Source of the DNA: Enoplolaimus lenunculus
Taxonomy: Eukaryota
Length of the DNA stretch: 64,000 nt
Assembly (NCBI GenBank): GCA_030248215.1
Contig: JASANG010002092.1
Location: 248,001 to 312,000 of the forward strand
Direction: 5' to 3'
Part shown: piece after piece, positions 50,801 to 62,390 of the stretch
How positions within the stretch are numbered: position 1 is the stretch's first letter
Layout of the letters: every line of letters starts with the position of its first letter
The notes under the pieces: generated by a model
Told to the model about the DNA's origin: nothing
Seen by the model: only the letters and a program-made list of their open reading frames with translations
Database searches by the model: none
Translations under genes and position numbers: made by a program

Positions 50801-53800
50801 TCAATAAACATAATATGCAAATTAGCTATTAGCTAACTATTCAGTTATCGGTTTTGAAGGTTTGTAAACAATTTTATTCAAATTCCTCGCACCTAAAAAC
50901 CCTTTAGATCTGAAATTAGATTGCTTTTAACCTGAATAATTAGTGAAATATTGTAAAAAGTCCTAATTTAGGCTTATAAACTATGCTAATATGCAAATTA
51001 TATATTAGCTAACTACTCAATTATCCATTTTGGAGGTTTGTAAACAGTCTATGCAGATTACTCGCATCCCGAAACCCTTTAATACTGAAATTAGATTGCT
51101 TCTAACTGTAATAATTAGTGAAATAATGTAGAAAGTCCTAATTTAGGCTTAATTATGCAAATTAGCCTGTAGCTAATACACGGCTTACAATTTTAAAACC
51201 CCAATGGGAGGTTAATACCCCAGGATAATTGGCTTTCAAACAAAAAAAGTTTATCAACATCGGTTAAACCGTTCTTGAGATTCTTTTCGGACGGACAGAC
51301 GGACATCCACCTTTCGACCCCAAAGTACAAAACATAAAACGCTTCGCGAAACTCCGAGCTTCGCACAATAAATTTCACAAAAGAAATTGCTGGAACCTAC
51401 GACAAGGATTCTGTCGTAGCCAGCTAGAAGTCTATTTTCTGCCTAAGCCGGAACCAGCCGGCTGGCTGTAGTCTGATTCACAGCGTTACAGATGCGAGTC
51501 TCCGCTTACCAATTGCGTTTGATATATGCCGCGGCTCGATTTGCGTACAGCACAGGTTGAGGCACCGATATCGGATTTAGAGCGGCTGTATAACACCAAT
51601 GTGCTCTGTTCGCATCAATCATACTCAACGCTTCGTTATACAACATTATCGCGTACGCATATTTTTGCGTTTCGAACGATTTATTTGCTCGCTGCTTTAG
51701 TCGTGACACTTCGGATACTAGCCTAGGCGGCAACGAAGGTACAAAGCTAAACCAAAATAAACTGAAGCTTTACATTGGCTCTTAAAACGGAAGAGTGGTA
51801 ATTAATTTTACAAACACTGGTCATGCTTAGGTTTGACAGTAGAGTAAACATAGCACGATAATATTGATTGTTAAAAACGGAACCAGCTATTTAGTTGCTT
51901 CCCGCTTGCTTAAAACTACACTACATCTACATAGTCAAACAAGTAGATCAACCAAGAGCTCACAGGAAGCTAACGGATTTAGTTTACAGCCACGCTACAA
52001 CACCTACTCAGGACACAGCACTCTGAAACAACAGAAAAGTACGTACTATGGAACTTGAAAGTGACCGGTTGTATCGGCAATGATTTCTGCAAATCGGCGA
52101 TCATTGTCATTCCTGTTGCTACGACGCAAGATGTTGCTTGCGTTGTGCGCTGATCCAGGTTTCGTAATTGCAGGATGAGACAGCAATTTTAAGCCGTTCG
52201 TTCGGGAGCCGTTTAAACCGTCTATAAAATATTAAAAGTTCCAGTTCAACAGCGAACTACAAACAGCAAAACTTACTGATGCTTTTCTGGTAGGAAAAGT
52301 TTTGCTTTGTTACGATTCTAAAATGCAGTTTGTAAAATTTAACTGTGTGCAGCAAACAAAAATAAACCTTCAATTCCTTAAAATTAAAGTATTATCTACA
52401 CTTGATATAAACCAAAATATTGATGGCGACCAATAAAGGCAACAAAAACGTCAAACAGACTACAGCAAAGAATATTTTTGCACCTTCAGGAAAAACAGCG
52501 ATTGTGTCAACAAAACTACAACAACGTCAACAGAAGAACCAGTCAAGTTTCACTGCAGATGCCAAAAAATAGCGAGCCGTAGCCGGATATCAGAATACAT
52601 ATTTCAACAAATAAAGTTAAATTTAATCACACTAATCCAATACTACTTGCTATAATATGTTGTATATTTTGTTTTTACAAGATCTTAGTTTTAAGTGGTC
52701 TACTTGGAGTCCCTATTTTTGCTATTTCGAGCAAAGCTAACAGCGAAATATTGTGATTTTGGTCATATAGATTCATGTTACACTTTTCAGCAATAGTTTC
52801 ACTGTATTAGATGATTGCTAGATTTTATCGAAATTTTAGTTCTTGAATAATTATTCAACAACGAAAGCATGTGGTACTCTGAATTTTAAACTTACTGGTC
52901 GAATGCGTGGCGCCAGCGCCAGGATACCGCATGCGAACACATGCATCCAAATATCTGTTACATGCCAATGCTTCACGAATATCGCTTAACAATGAACGGC
53001 GATGAGATTTAATGTCATACAAGTATATTTGTTCTCCACCCAAATTAACCTAAAATGTAACATTTTGTCGAAAACACTACTCTTTGAACTTACGCACTAA
53101 CATCTATTTACATTCTTAGCACCTAACGAATATACCCTTGATAAGGTGTTTGCAGCGTAAACATAGAAGTGTAACATTGAAGTGCAAAGTTGCTCGAAAT
53201 CTTCATTACAAAACTTTGAAAATGCAACTATTTCCATAAAAACTATAGTTAACTGCCTCAGTTTTGTGACTTTCAGATGAAAAAAAATAAAAATTGGTTT
53301 GTACTTTTTCGGTATAAAAAATTCACAACTCCACATTATTTCCTCAATGCAACAATCATGACCATCCGTTGCTTTCTAAGTAAACCAACATGTATTGTTC
53401 AAATATCTTCCGTGCACATAATGGCAACGTTTACTATATTCCGGACATTCGCAGGGTCCCATCGAAGCGAGGAGGCTTCAATCGGGTTCCCCGGTAAGTT
53501 ACCGGGACGAAACTCTTGTGTGTAGACGCCAGACGAGGTAATTTTCATCGACAAAATTACTGTTTTTAAAGAAAAGTCCCGCTAATTGTACTAAAAACAG
53601 AAACTTGGAGGTGCCGGTTCCGTAAATTTCAAGGCGATCGCTCTCAACCAATTTAATAACATACTAGTAATTCTTTGCCATCAGGGCTGAAAGTCAAATA
53701 GGTGGTAGCCAGCGGACGATATTTGCGTTTGAATTCTTTATAACAACTTGGCAAATGACCTAAATACGAAACTAAACACATTTTAACATGCTTGCGTGAA

Positions 53801-56800
53801 TTTTTGTACGCAAATAAATCCTTTTTAACAAAATGATCCACTAACATGAGATTTCCTATTAATTTTTTAACGTTGGTACACATTAAAATGGCATTATATA
53901 TACGTTTTATCAACATGATGCGTTACATCTAGAGATGTACCGATTAACAGGAATTCTTAAAACTATAATCTTATATTGTTGATAGGGTTTAATGAAGTCT
54001 TCACATATATAATGATGTAATGTTGTATAGTATTATGTTTTTAAGTATCGTGTATCAAAATTGGAATTGGCATCGACTTCCTTCGGCATTGGTATAGGTA
54101 TAATTTCAAAATAAAAATAGGCATCGGCAAAAAATTGGTATCGGCACATCCCTAGTTACTGGTACTGATGGAAATATGCGCCATATAGCAAAATAAGCCA
54201 TCCATAATTTTTATCCGTTCCGGATATTTTCGACATGTACCTTCCATCAGTGTAATGTTTACATTAGAATCAGTCAGTACCCGACTACACAACAGTTGTG
54301 AGTATTATAAAATTCATGTATATGCAACAAGGTAAAAACGACTTAATCCACATAGAACTACGGCAGTTTCAAATAAATCTTCTTCACACTAGCCAAACAA
54401 AGAGAATAGGAACAAAAAAGTTTTCTGTTACTACACATAAACACAAGATTAAACTCTGACCGGGTACATAGTATTTGGCGCAACTCTGCGGCATATCGTA
54501 GGATTCACCGTCAACGGAACAGTTCATTGATGAATATCGGCCCCACGGAGGTGTATCAGGTTCAAGTACTGGGAATTTGACCCGTTTCAGCGAAAGCATT
54601 CTGAAACAAACCAATAACACGATTACACTGAGGTACTCAACTACTGCTAATTTAGTACTACTTGCTATAATATTTTTAATTTAATTTTTACAAATCTGAG
54701 TATAAAGTGAGCCTTTTGAAGTGCTATTTTTGTCATTTCGAACAAAGTTCACATGAAATATTGTCAATTTGGTTATAGATAATAGAATAATATAGAGTTA
54801 TGTTATACTTTTCAGTAATAAATATTCGGTGATGTAGATTACCGCACCGGGTGTCGATTACAAAATATCAGGCATCTTGTTCTAACGACCACGTTTTATC
54901 ATTTTATCAGATTTTAAAACTAGTACAGTTTCAAATGAATAACAAAAATAACAAGAAATTACTAAAGCCAACTTGTCAAATAAAATAGCGACGTCACAAA
55001 CCTGCGATCAAATATTCTAGCATAAGGATCATTGGCACCAACAGCAATTAGTTCAGGTTGCATTGGATTAACCGCAACACACTTGGCTTCCGAGTATGGG
55101 CCCATATGAGCATTCAAGTTGATTAACACGTGATTACACATGTCTTCGCAATTGTGCGGCTGCCGCAAGTCAAACTGCCTGTACATTCAACATCAATTTG
55201 TTTCATCAGCTAACTACGTATCAAAAATTTCACAAAGACCACGTAAATAAACGTACTGCTACTACGTAGAACTTGCATGCTATTGTACGCTTTGGAGGCA
55301 TTTTCAACTGTGCTACACCTGTTCCCATTTACATACATATCGTGTGCTTTGCAACCAAAAAATCCGGGGCTTTGATATTTATACCGTTTTTTGCAACTGC
55401 TTCAACCTGCCTCTATACGTCACTTAAGATACGAAGGTTATGCAGTTCACCTGGCTGCAATTCTTAACTGGTAACTGGCGATATATAAACACATAATATA
55501 ATGATTCTGTTCTATAAGTTAATCGATTTATACCGATTTGGATCTTTTACGAGATATATTATCACGAATAGTAGTTGTATTCAAGCATCATTAGTTAATT
55601 TCTAAAAATATACTTTATACAAGAAAAATACGCACATAATCGTTCCATCTTCCGCAGCAGATAAAAATACACTAGGTTGACACGGTAAAACAGCAAGACG
55701 TTTGACACGCTGCACATGACAAGAGAAGTGATTGATGCATTCAGCGCGTGACACATCATGAACACGAATTTTGCAATCGCCAGCACCAGTTACCAGCAAA
55801 TTATCGCTACTGCACGGCATAAACTGAAAGCATTAAGCTGCCTATTTCACGTATAAATGACGATGCAATATACAGCTATCACAAGAAGCGAGTCGATTGC
55901 GAATAGATGCCGAAATTATGACCCAAATTTCAATGCACTGTGCAAGAAATACTGCAAGTCAAGATAAAAATTTACACTGCATTCCGATTTGTTTTATTAA
56001 CCAACATGCTAACCTGCACTGAAAATACGTTGTTCGTGTGCCCAGTTTCAATTGTTTGAAGTTTCCGTCTTCGATGTGGATCCCAAACAACGACGCGTAA
56101 ATCATCGGAACCACTGGCCAATAAGCTGTAAAGCAAATTAAATGTAAACAACAGTGAATTAATAATTGCATCAGGACCTGTATGTTAAACACCAATTTCT
56201 GACAGACGATAAACCCAAGAAAAAGTTGGCTACCATAGCTGCTGTACGGCTTCAATACCAATACTGTTCACCTCATCACAAGTAGAGATGCATGTCAATT
56301 TACGTATATAAGGCATCCATGCTAGCAATTTTGAAATGAATATGGCAGTAAAAACTTTATACTAGAGGTGCAAAAAATTTTAATGCAATCTACTTGGTTT
56401 GACGCGGTTTAAAAATCTGAATTAAACCTTCTGTTTGATTCGTGCAATACTTTATAAAACATATATATGTATGTATATATACATATATATACTTGTATTC
56501 ATTTTTACGTTTTACATTTAGTATACTAGCGATAAATCAAAATTTTAATGCAATCTTTCTTTGACTCTATGTGTCCTGAAGGTTTTCATTTTGCGTTTTC
56601 CGTTAGAGTATAATAACTGATTTTGGTTCGACTCAACGTTTCATCTCTCAACAAAAACATATTTGTTTAGTAATAATAGACTATTTTGACAAAACAAAAT
56701 ACGCTCCTACAGCATATTCACTGCTCCCGGTTGGTCCTGGACCCGGAACTGGGCAGAGGTCTCAGCCCGGATTCCGGGCAACCCTAGTTCGTGGGCATAC

Positions 56801-58237
56801 ATGCACCATAACAGCAATACCGTACTCATGTTCCAATTATATAAATTAAAGAAACTGATTAACTAATTTCCCGGCAAAACAATATTTTAGGCCACATTTA
56901 ACAGTCACAACGGAACTGAAACTAACCTCCCTGTCTGGTTCCACTGCAAACAATTTACACATCCTTCGTGGCCCTACAAAACAATAAAAAAATGTTTATA
57001 CAGAAACCAACCATAGGATACACAAATCAAACTCTTATTTTCGCACTGGGCATAAGGATCTCACGCTACGCCAAGTAAATATCAAACGGTAGGTATAACC
57101 TCATATACAATGTCCGTCAATAGCACTAAATACGATCAAAGTATGTGGAATAATATGCTGCTGAGACCACTTTTGTCTCCGCTTTGACGTAACACACTTG
57201 ACATTCAACATAACGTATTGCATAAATGTCAAAAAATACAAACGTTCTTCCTGGTGGGGAGCCTGTATTACCAACTCTCCCTTTAGTGTTACCGCATGTT
57301 GATGTTCCAACTTTTTCAACATGGAAGACATCAAAAATCTAAATCGCTGCCGTAAAAATACATAATAATGTTCGTGTAATCTACAGAAACAACGCAGCAA
57401 ATAGTCACATAGCTGCACAGCAACTAAAACCTGTTTTGGAGGCTACAACAGTAGCAATTTTTAAAATACGTCTACAGACAAAATCTCGAGCGCCGCCATA
57501 TGGCTAAATACGACCGAAACAGCAATAAGTTTATTGCATGTGAATTGACGAAATTGAACGCAGGTTAAACCTAGGGATTGCCCTCCAATCTTGTTTTGCT
57601 CCCAGATATGGCAAAGGTCAAGCTGGATGCCAGCCCCCCACAAAAACTCAATAAGGAGAGGTCAGTATATTTACACCGACCACTAACCAAGCGTTTACCT
57701 CCAGCTCATAATCCAAGCTCAACCTAGAAATTAATTCAGGATAAGCATAGAAACTTCGTTGAAACGATTCATAAGACGTCTGAAATGTTAACATAGTTCA
57801 TTGATTTACAAACAGAACTCAAAGATAACGCCATATCGCAGAATAATGGCAGTGAAACGTCCTTTAAATAAACTCATTAAGCGAAAGAATTGCTACGTGT
57901 GATCTGCCGTGACCAAACTTCGTGCCCTCCATATTATACATCCCACAGCTGGTCAAAAGTCTCCAAGCAATATATGTACGTAGTAACGACTTAACATACG
58001 GATGTAGCTGACTCGCTAAACATTGAAATCATGCTAGAATAACCATAGCGGAAAAATCGATTGAACTTCACACTTTCAGTTACCTACTGGTTCTTTTACG
58101 CATCGTTCAATAGAACTGGTATGTTACATAAGAATTTACAAAGGCGCATACAACCAACTCATAAAATGTATATAATACATATACTTTACCTTCTGTTCTC
58201 GTTTTCTTAATCCTAACAATATATTTCTTCTTTGCAT
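47820..58237 (-). CDS. WDTC1: WD and tetratricopeptide repeats protein 1 (WDTC1/adipose/DCAF9)
   Basis: Exons (- strand): 58237-58190 (MQRRNILLGLRKREQK), 57779-57699, 56973-56927 (GHEGCVNCLQWN), 56125-56014 (LLASGSDD...GHTNNVFSV), 55823-55636, 55178-55002, 54600-54461, 53759-53665, 53049-52896 (VNLGGEQIYLYD), 52221-52047, 51746-51510 and 50489-50342 (TPRs: LYANRAAAYIKRNWNGDVYAALRDC...KAHFRMARCL), 49898-49784, 49305-~49045 (donor uncertain), 48848 or 48827-48689 (FCGHCNTTTDIKEANFFG), 48399-48207 (AGSDDGSFFVWDK...VNCLQPHP...LATSGID), 48008-47820 (ANQQRMNSDPLEVMLLNMGY...QCTQS*). All phases are consistent. Confidence 0.95.
50621..51370 (+). mobile_element. Helentron/HINE (DINE-1-like) non-autonomous element with internal tandem repeats, in a WDTC1 intron
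   Basis: 16-bp inverted ends TATTGAGCGAAGCTCG / CGAGCTTCGCACAATA; 3+ tandem 153-176 bp units (TAATATGCAAATTAG at 50658, 50811, 50987, ~51151); ATCGGTTAAACCGTTCTTGAGA followed by a (GGAC/AGAC) microsatellite, typical of HINE cores. Confidence 0.65.
52640..52800. repeat. dispersed intronic repeat, second copy at ~54657-54820
   Basis: Both copies start TACTACTTGCTATAATAT and end TTA[C/T]ACTTTTCAG[C/T]AATA, with colinear but diverged interiors. Confidence 0.65.
54055..54153. mobile_element. MITE family C right end (CGGCAAAAAATTGGTATCGGCACATCCCT)
   Basis: The same terminus recurs at ~5690-5773, ~6960-7040 and ~10335-10393, and its left end at ~4596. Confidence 0.6.
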
Positions 58238-59109
58238 TCCAAATAACAATCTATTAAAAATATTTATATTAAACAACAATAACCATATATCTGTGTATGG
58301 TAATAAACCATATATACGTACGTACATAGAAGAGGTGAAAGACCAAAAATTCCAAAATTGATACCAAAACGAATTAAAGCTTACTATTTGTCAGTTTACC
58401 TTACCCTCGCTCACAAGACTTTCATATAACCTGCTAGCCAGTATTATAGATATGAATACTTAGAGATTAACCATAAACTGTCTAACATATTCCGGTGAGG
58501 TGAATTTATCTTAGCTAAGGAGGAACAATGCTACTAACGCAAAAAACAACTGAGCACTTTATGGTTTCAAATCAAAAAGTTTTTCGAGTCAAAAATAATG
58601 GAAGAATCGAACAATTACATTTCACCCCAGCGACAGATATAGAACTGCAGGAAAAACAAACAGCTACAAATTGACTTGTCGGCGCGTATACTGCCAAGCG
58701 GCTAGCAAACAACATACTGTACATAGCATGATGTATGCATATGCACTAGGACAGGCATGTTTCTGTTAGTTAGTTGCGACTACCAATTATTATTCTTCTT
58801 TCACTTCCAACTTTCGAGACGTTTTCTTTCAGAGTTCACAATTTTAAAATATTACGTACCTGAACCTATGCAGGGGCTGACACCAGGCCCTGGTACAGTT
58901 TCTGTATGAAAAAATGTACGTCTTGCACGTAACCACAGTTACATATTGTTAAAGCATCGCCCTGATGACCAGGTGGATATAATGCTATGTACAAAAATAG
59001 GCACGATGCTGTGTTTCTTGCCAGCGGTGAAAATTCAATCGCCACACAGTTCCTACTCTTGGACAATTTGATAATCCCGACCGTCGCTTCGATCATATCA
59101 ACCCTCTAC

Positions 59110-59750
59110 CGTCCTTTAACGGGGTATCCCTACCTACTGACGATTGTCGACCGACTCACTCGATGGCTAGAAGCGATCCCCATTGCAAACATCACTGCGG
59201 GAACCATTGCACGGGCGCTTTTTGACGGTTGGGTAGCTCTGTTTGGAGTTCCATCGTTTATTACTACTGATCGCGGTCGGCAATGCGAATCCTCGCTGTT
59301 TAAAGAGCTATACAGAATCCTTGGCGTAACTCACTTCCGAACCACAGCTTATCACCAAATCGCTCATGGGTTAGTGGAGCGTTTTCACCGACAACTCAAG
59401 ACGTCCATCAAAGCTCATTCAAGCGATGAAAACTGTTATAGGGCTAAATGTTGGCTTCCGAACCCCAGCAGCAGCTCCCCGATCCGTCGTCGTTCGTCGC
59501 TCGTCTTCGCCTCAATATAAAAATTATAGCCCCTGACTGAACGCGGTGTATCAAAAGGCCTCCTACATTTCTGCAGACCTCAGCGGCGCTGAATTCGTTT
59601 TTGTTCGAATATTCTTTTTACGAAGGTGTCTACAGGCGCCGTACGTCGGACCGTATCGGGTGACCAAGCGATTCCATAAACATTTTACTGTGAACTTGTC
59701 TGAAAAACCGAATCAATATCAATCGACCGCCTGAAACCAGCTTATATATT
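59110..59750 (+). pseudogene. degenerate Gypsy/Ty3 LTR-retrotransposon integrase (core + GPY/F), CsRn1-like
   Basis: YLLTIVDRLTRWLEAIP...FGVPSFITTDRGRQ...RTTAYHQIAHGLVERFHRQLK (D,D,E core), then LQAPYVGPYRV...KHFT and SIDRLKP in other frames. It has a deletion and frameshifts, and no RT/gag. Confidence 0.9.
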
Positions 59751-59898
59751 GAAGAAGCTAACGAAATACTTTCGTCAGCGGTTGGCAATTCAGTAGCAGA
59801 TAAATCACAATCTGACCAACATTACACTACTGCGTGTCGAGTCGAACAACACGTTCCGGTCGCGCGGTACGCAAACCTGTCCGCTTTCGACTTGCGTC

Positions 59899-60110
59899 TG
59901 GCGGGGAAGCGCTTTAGAAACTTGTCAACGTGGAAAATACGCGACACGTTGCCGGATGCCTATCATAATGCGTCCACGTCGGTTTTTCCTCACCCACGCA
60001 TGATGTAATCTCAATAGTAGTTACTTTTCGTTTGTATATAAACCCGTGTATTTATGAGTAAAGGGCCTCAGTCCATGGTGATAATACGGTTCATAATGCT
60101 GTCAGCATAA
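59899..60110 (+). mobile_element. polypurine tract and probable decayed 3' LTR of the Gypsy element
   Basis: GGCGGGGAAG purine tract at ~59900 after the integrase end, then TATATAAA (~60035), AGTAAA and CAGT in typical LTR order. The termini are not resolved. Confidence 0.5.
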
Positions 60111-62390
60111 TGTCCAACCGAAAAACGAAACGTCGCTGTGAATTCACTGGTCATTTGCCAATCTCAGTGCTGCCATAGTCTTTGCAGCCTTGTATTCTCC
60201 ACAGCATCGCAGAACCTGATATTGCGACCAAGATGGGACCGACACAGCAAATAACAAACTAGTAGTCAGCTAAGCGTCCTATCACGCGTATAGCGTGTGA
60301 AGAAAAATTCATAATTCGTCAGCATCACAGTTCTAAGCTTCGCAATCTGTCATAATTATGAACATACCCAGCAGATTAGTTATAATTATAACACATTGAT
60401 TTTACCAATAACACTCACTAGCTATGACATAACCCTTTCCACAACCATAGTGCAGTGCATAAAGTAACGTAATATGCTACTAGATATACGCTTATTACTA
60501 GCTGAAAAATACCCACAAAAGGCAGTAACAGATACATTTGAGATTAACCTACAACAGAAACTACTGATTCTGAGATAGTCAGAAAATTTTCAACCTTGCT
60601 TTTAAGTCATTGAAATCCTTTAAATGCTCCTCCTGAAAATTTCTTAGGCCCGTAGCAAGATGAGCTGGCTACGCGCCTGTGGAACACACTGAAATAAAAT
60701 AACTGAAAAATTATTTCGATTCTCTAAGGTGCGTCTGTATTCCTGCTAGGCAATAAATATGTCACCATTTTTAGTAGTGTACTTTTCCAACAGTGTACTA
60801 TGTAACGTAAACATGACACAGTGAGAGATGTTTGCAGCAAGCTTCCAAAACTGATTACTTTAAACGTGTTTTATATTTTGTAACATCCCAATGTTAATTC
60901 GTTATTAAAATGTTCATGGCACAGTAAGATAAAGACTGTGGTTTTGGTTTTAAACCAGCAATCCTGCTTTAATAGTGTCGCGTCAGATCTCTTCTGCGCA
61001 CGTATCTGCACCAGGAGCGTGCCGGGAGGTGAAGCAGGTGGCCGGGGCTCCCCACAATCGGAACCAGTTAGTCTGTCATAATTTAGATATTTAGACTAAT
61101 GCATCATCCAGGTAATAATGCGCACGCGATGTGAAAATTTGTCCGCTCAATATTCATAGGGTGCCAAAATTTTGAAGCTATATTGACGACTAAATAATAT
61201 TTTTTGTCCCTATTTAGCTAGCATGACGAATTTTTATGATATTATTAAGAAGTCTGCCAAAAATGGCAGACTGTTAAAATAGGGTTTTATTTTTTGATGT
61301 CCTTTTAAGAACCTAACAAATTTTTTCGTTTTAAAATTATTTTTCACATTTTCAGGTGGACCGAAATTATTTTACTGTAATTTTCAGCTCAAAAATATCC
61401 ACGCGGAGAACAGGTGAGTAAAAGATTTTTAGTTTATACTTTAAAGTATGTGTTTGGCAGAGCCGTATTTCTAAATGCAGAGCGAGTTCGACATTCTTGA
61501 GCACTCGATATGGGTTTTTAGCAAGGCGTTTGTCAAAAAGTACATATTTACTTTGCTAGTGTACATTTGACGAGTAGCCGTTTAGAAAAGGGTAAATACG
61601 AAAGGTGTACATTCAGCACCATGTGCTCGGGGCTGTTCTTAAGTAACCGACACAAATCTGAGTTTCATACACTGTACCGTGCACATATACTGACAGCCAG
61701 AGCACACTATCCGGCACATTCTTGTCAGATAAGCCCGTATTCTCAAATGTGTGGCATGTCGGTTTTGTATTTCGGTTCTGTATTTCATCCGGTTGTGTGT
61801 TTCGGGTCTGTTTCTTTCTGTGTGATCCGGGTAGCTATCTATTGTATTCGTAACCGCGTCAACTGTATTTTGGGGTCTAACGGTTAATGGATCCGTACTT
61901 CAACTAAGATCGATCGCTCCGCAGGAAACGCACGGTTTTGGAAATTTTATATAAAAGTAAAATAGCAAATACGGAATGACAAATAAGACTATAAAATTTA
62001 AAGCACCAATTGTCAGGCACAGAACTATTTGGACTAAAATATGGAATTATTTTTTAGCTCTAAAACAATAGGTTAAAACTACAACTCTTGTGCGCACAAC
62101 TTTTAAAAATAACCACTATCAACTTTCAGATGCAAAGCAATAGCTCGATCTGCTAACAAACCTCGTTCTATTTTAATTAAGCAATGTCCGCTCCGCAGCG
62201 CTCAGGCGTAATTGCCTTACTTATAAATGTCCCTAGGACACGCGTTAAAAGAGCTACAGTAAACGAATAGCTAGTCATACTCTGTTGATTTATTGATATA
62301 TACGTTTTTTAGACTGTTTATAGTATTATTAACAGCTTTACAGTGTTTTATTGATCATTGTTTTTGTTTGGCGTTCATTGCAAATACGTT

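Noticed and set aside
58987..59110. N-terminus of the 177-aa ORF as part of the integrase
   Set aside because: Integrase similarity starts only near PLTGYPYLLTIVD; the upstream part is unrelated read-through.
61251..61272. 9-bp-stem hairpin AGTCTGCCA-AAAA-TGGCAGACT as a terminator or Helitron end
   Set aside because: Intrinsic terminators do not apply in this eukaryotic context, and no CTRR terminus follows at the expected distance.
61880..62240. 5' terminal inverted repeat of the piggyBac
   Set aside because: No convincing TTAA-CC[C/T] terminus. A repeated CGCTCCGCAG (~61915, ~62189) may be subterminal, but it cannot be verified without the 3' end.
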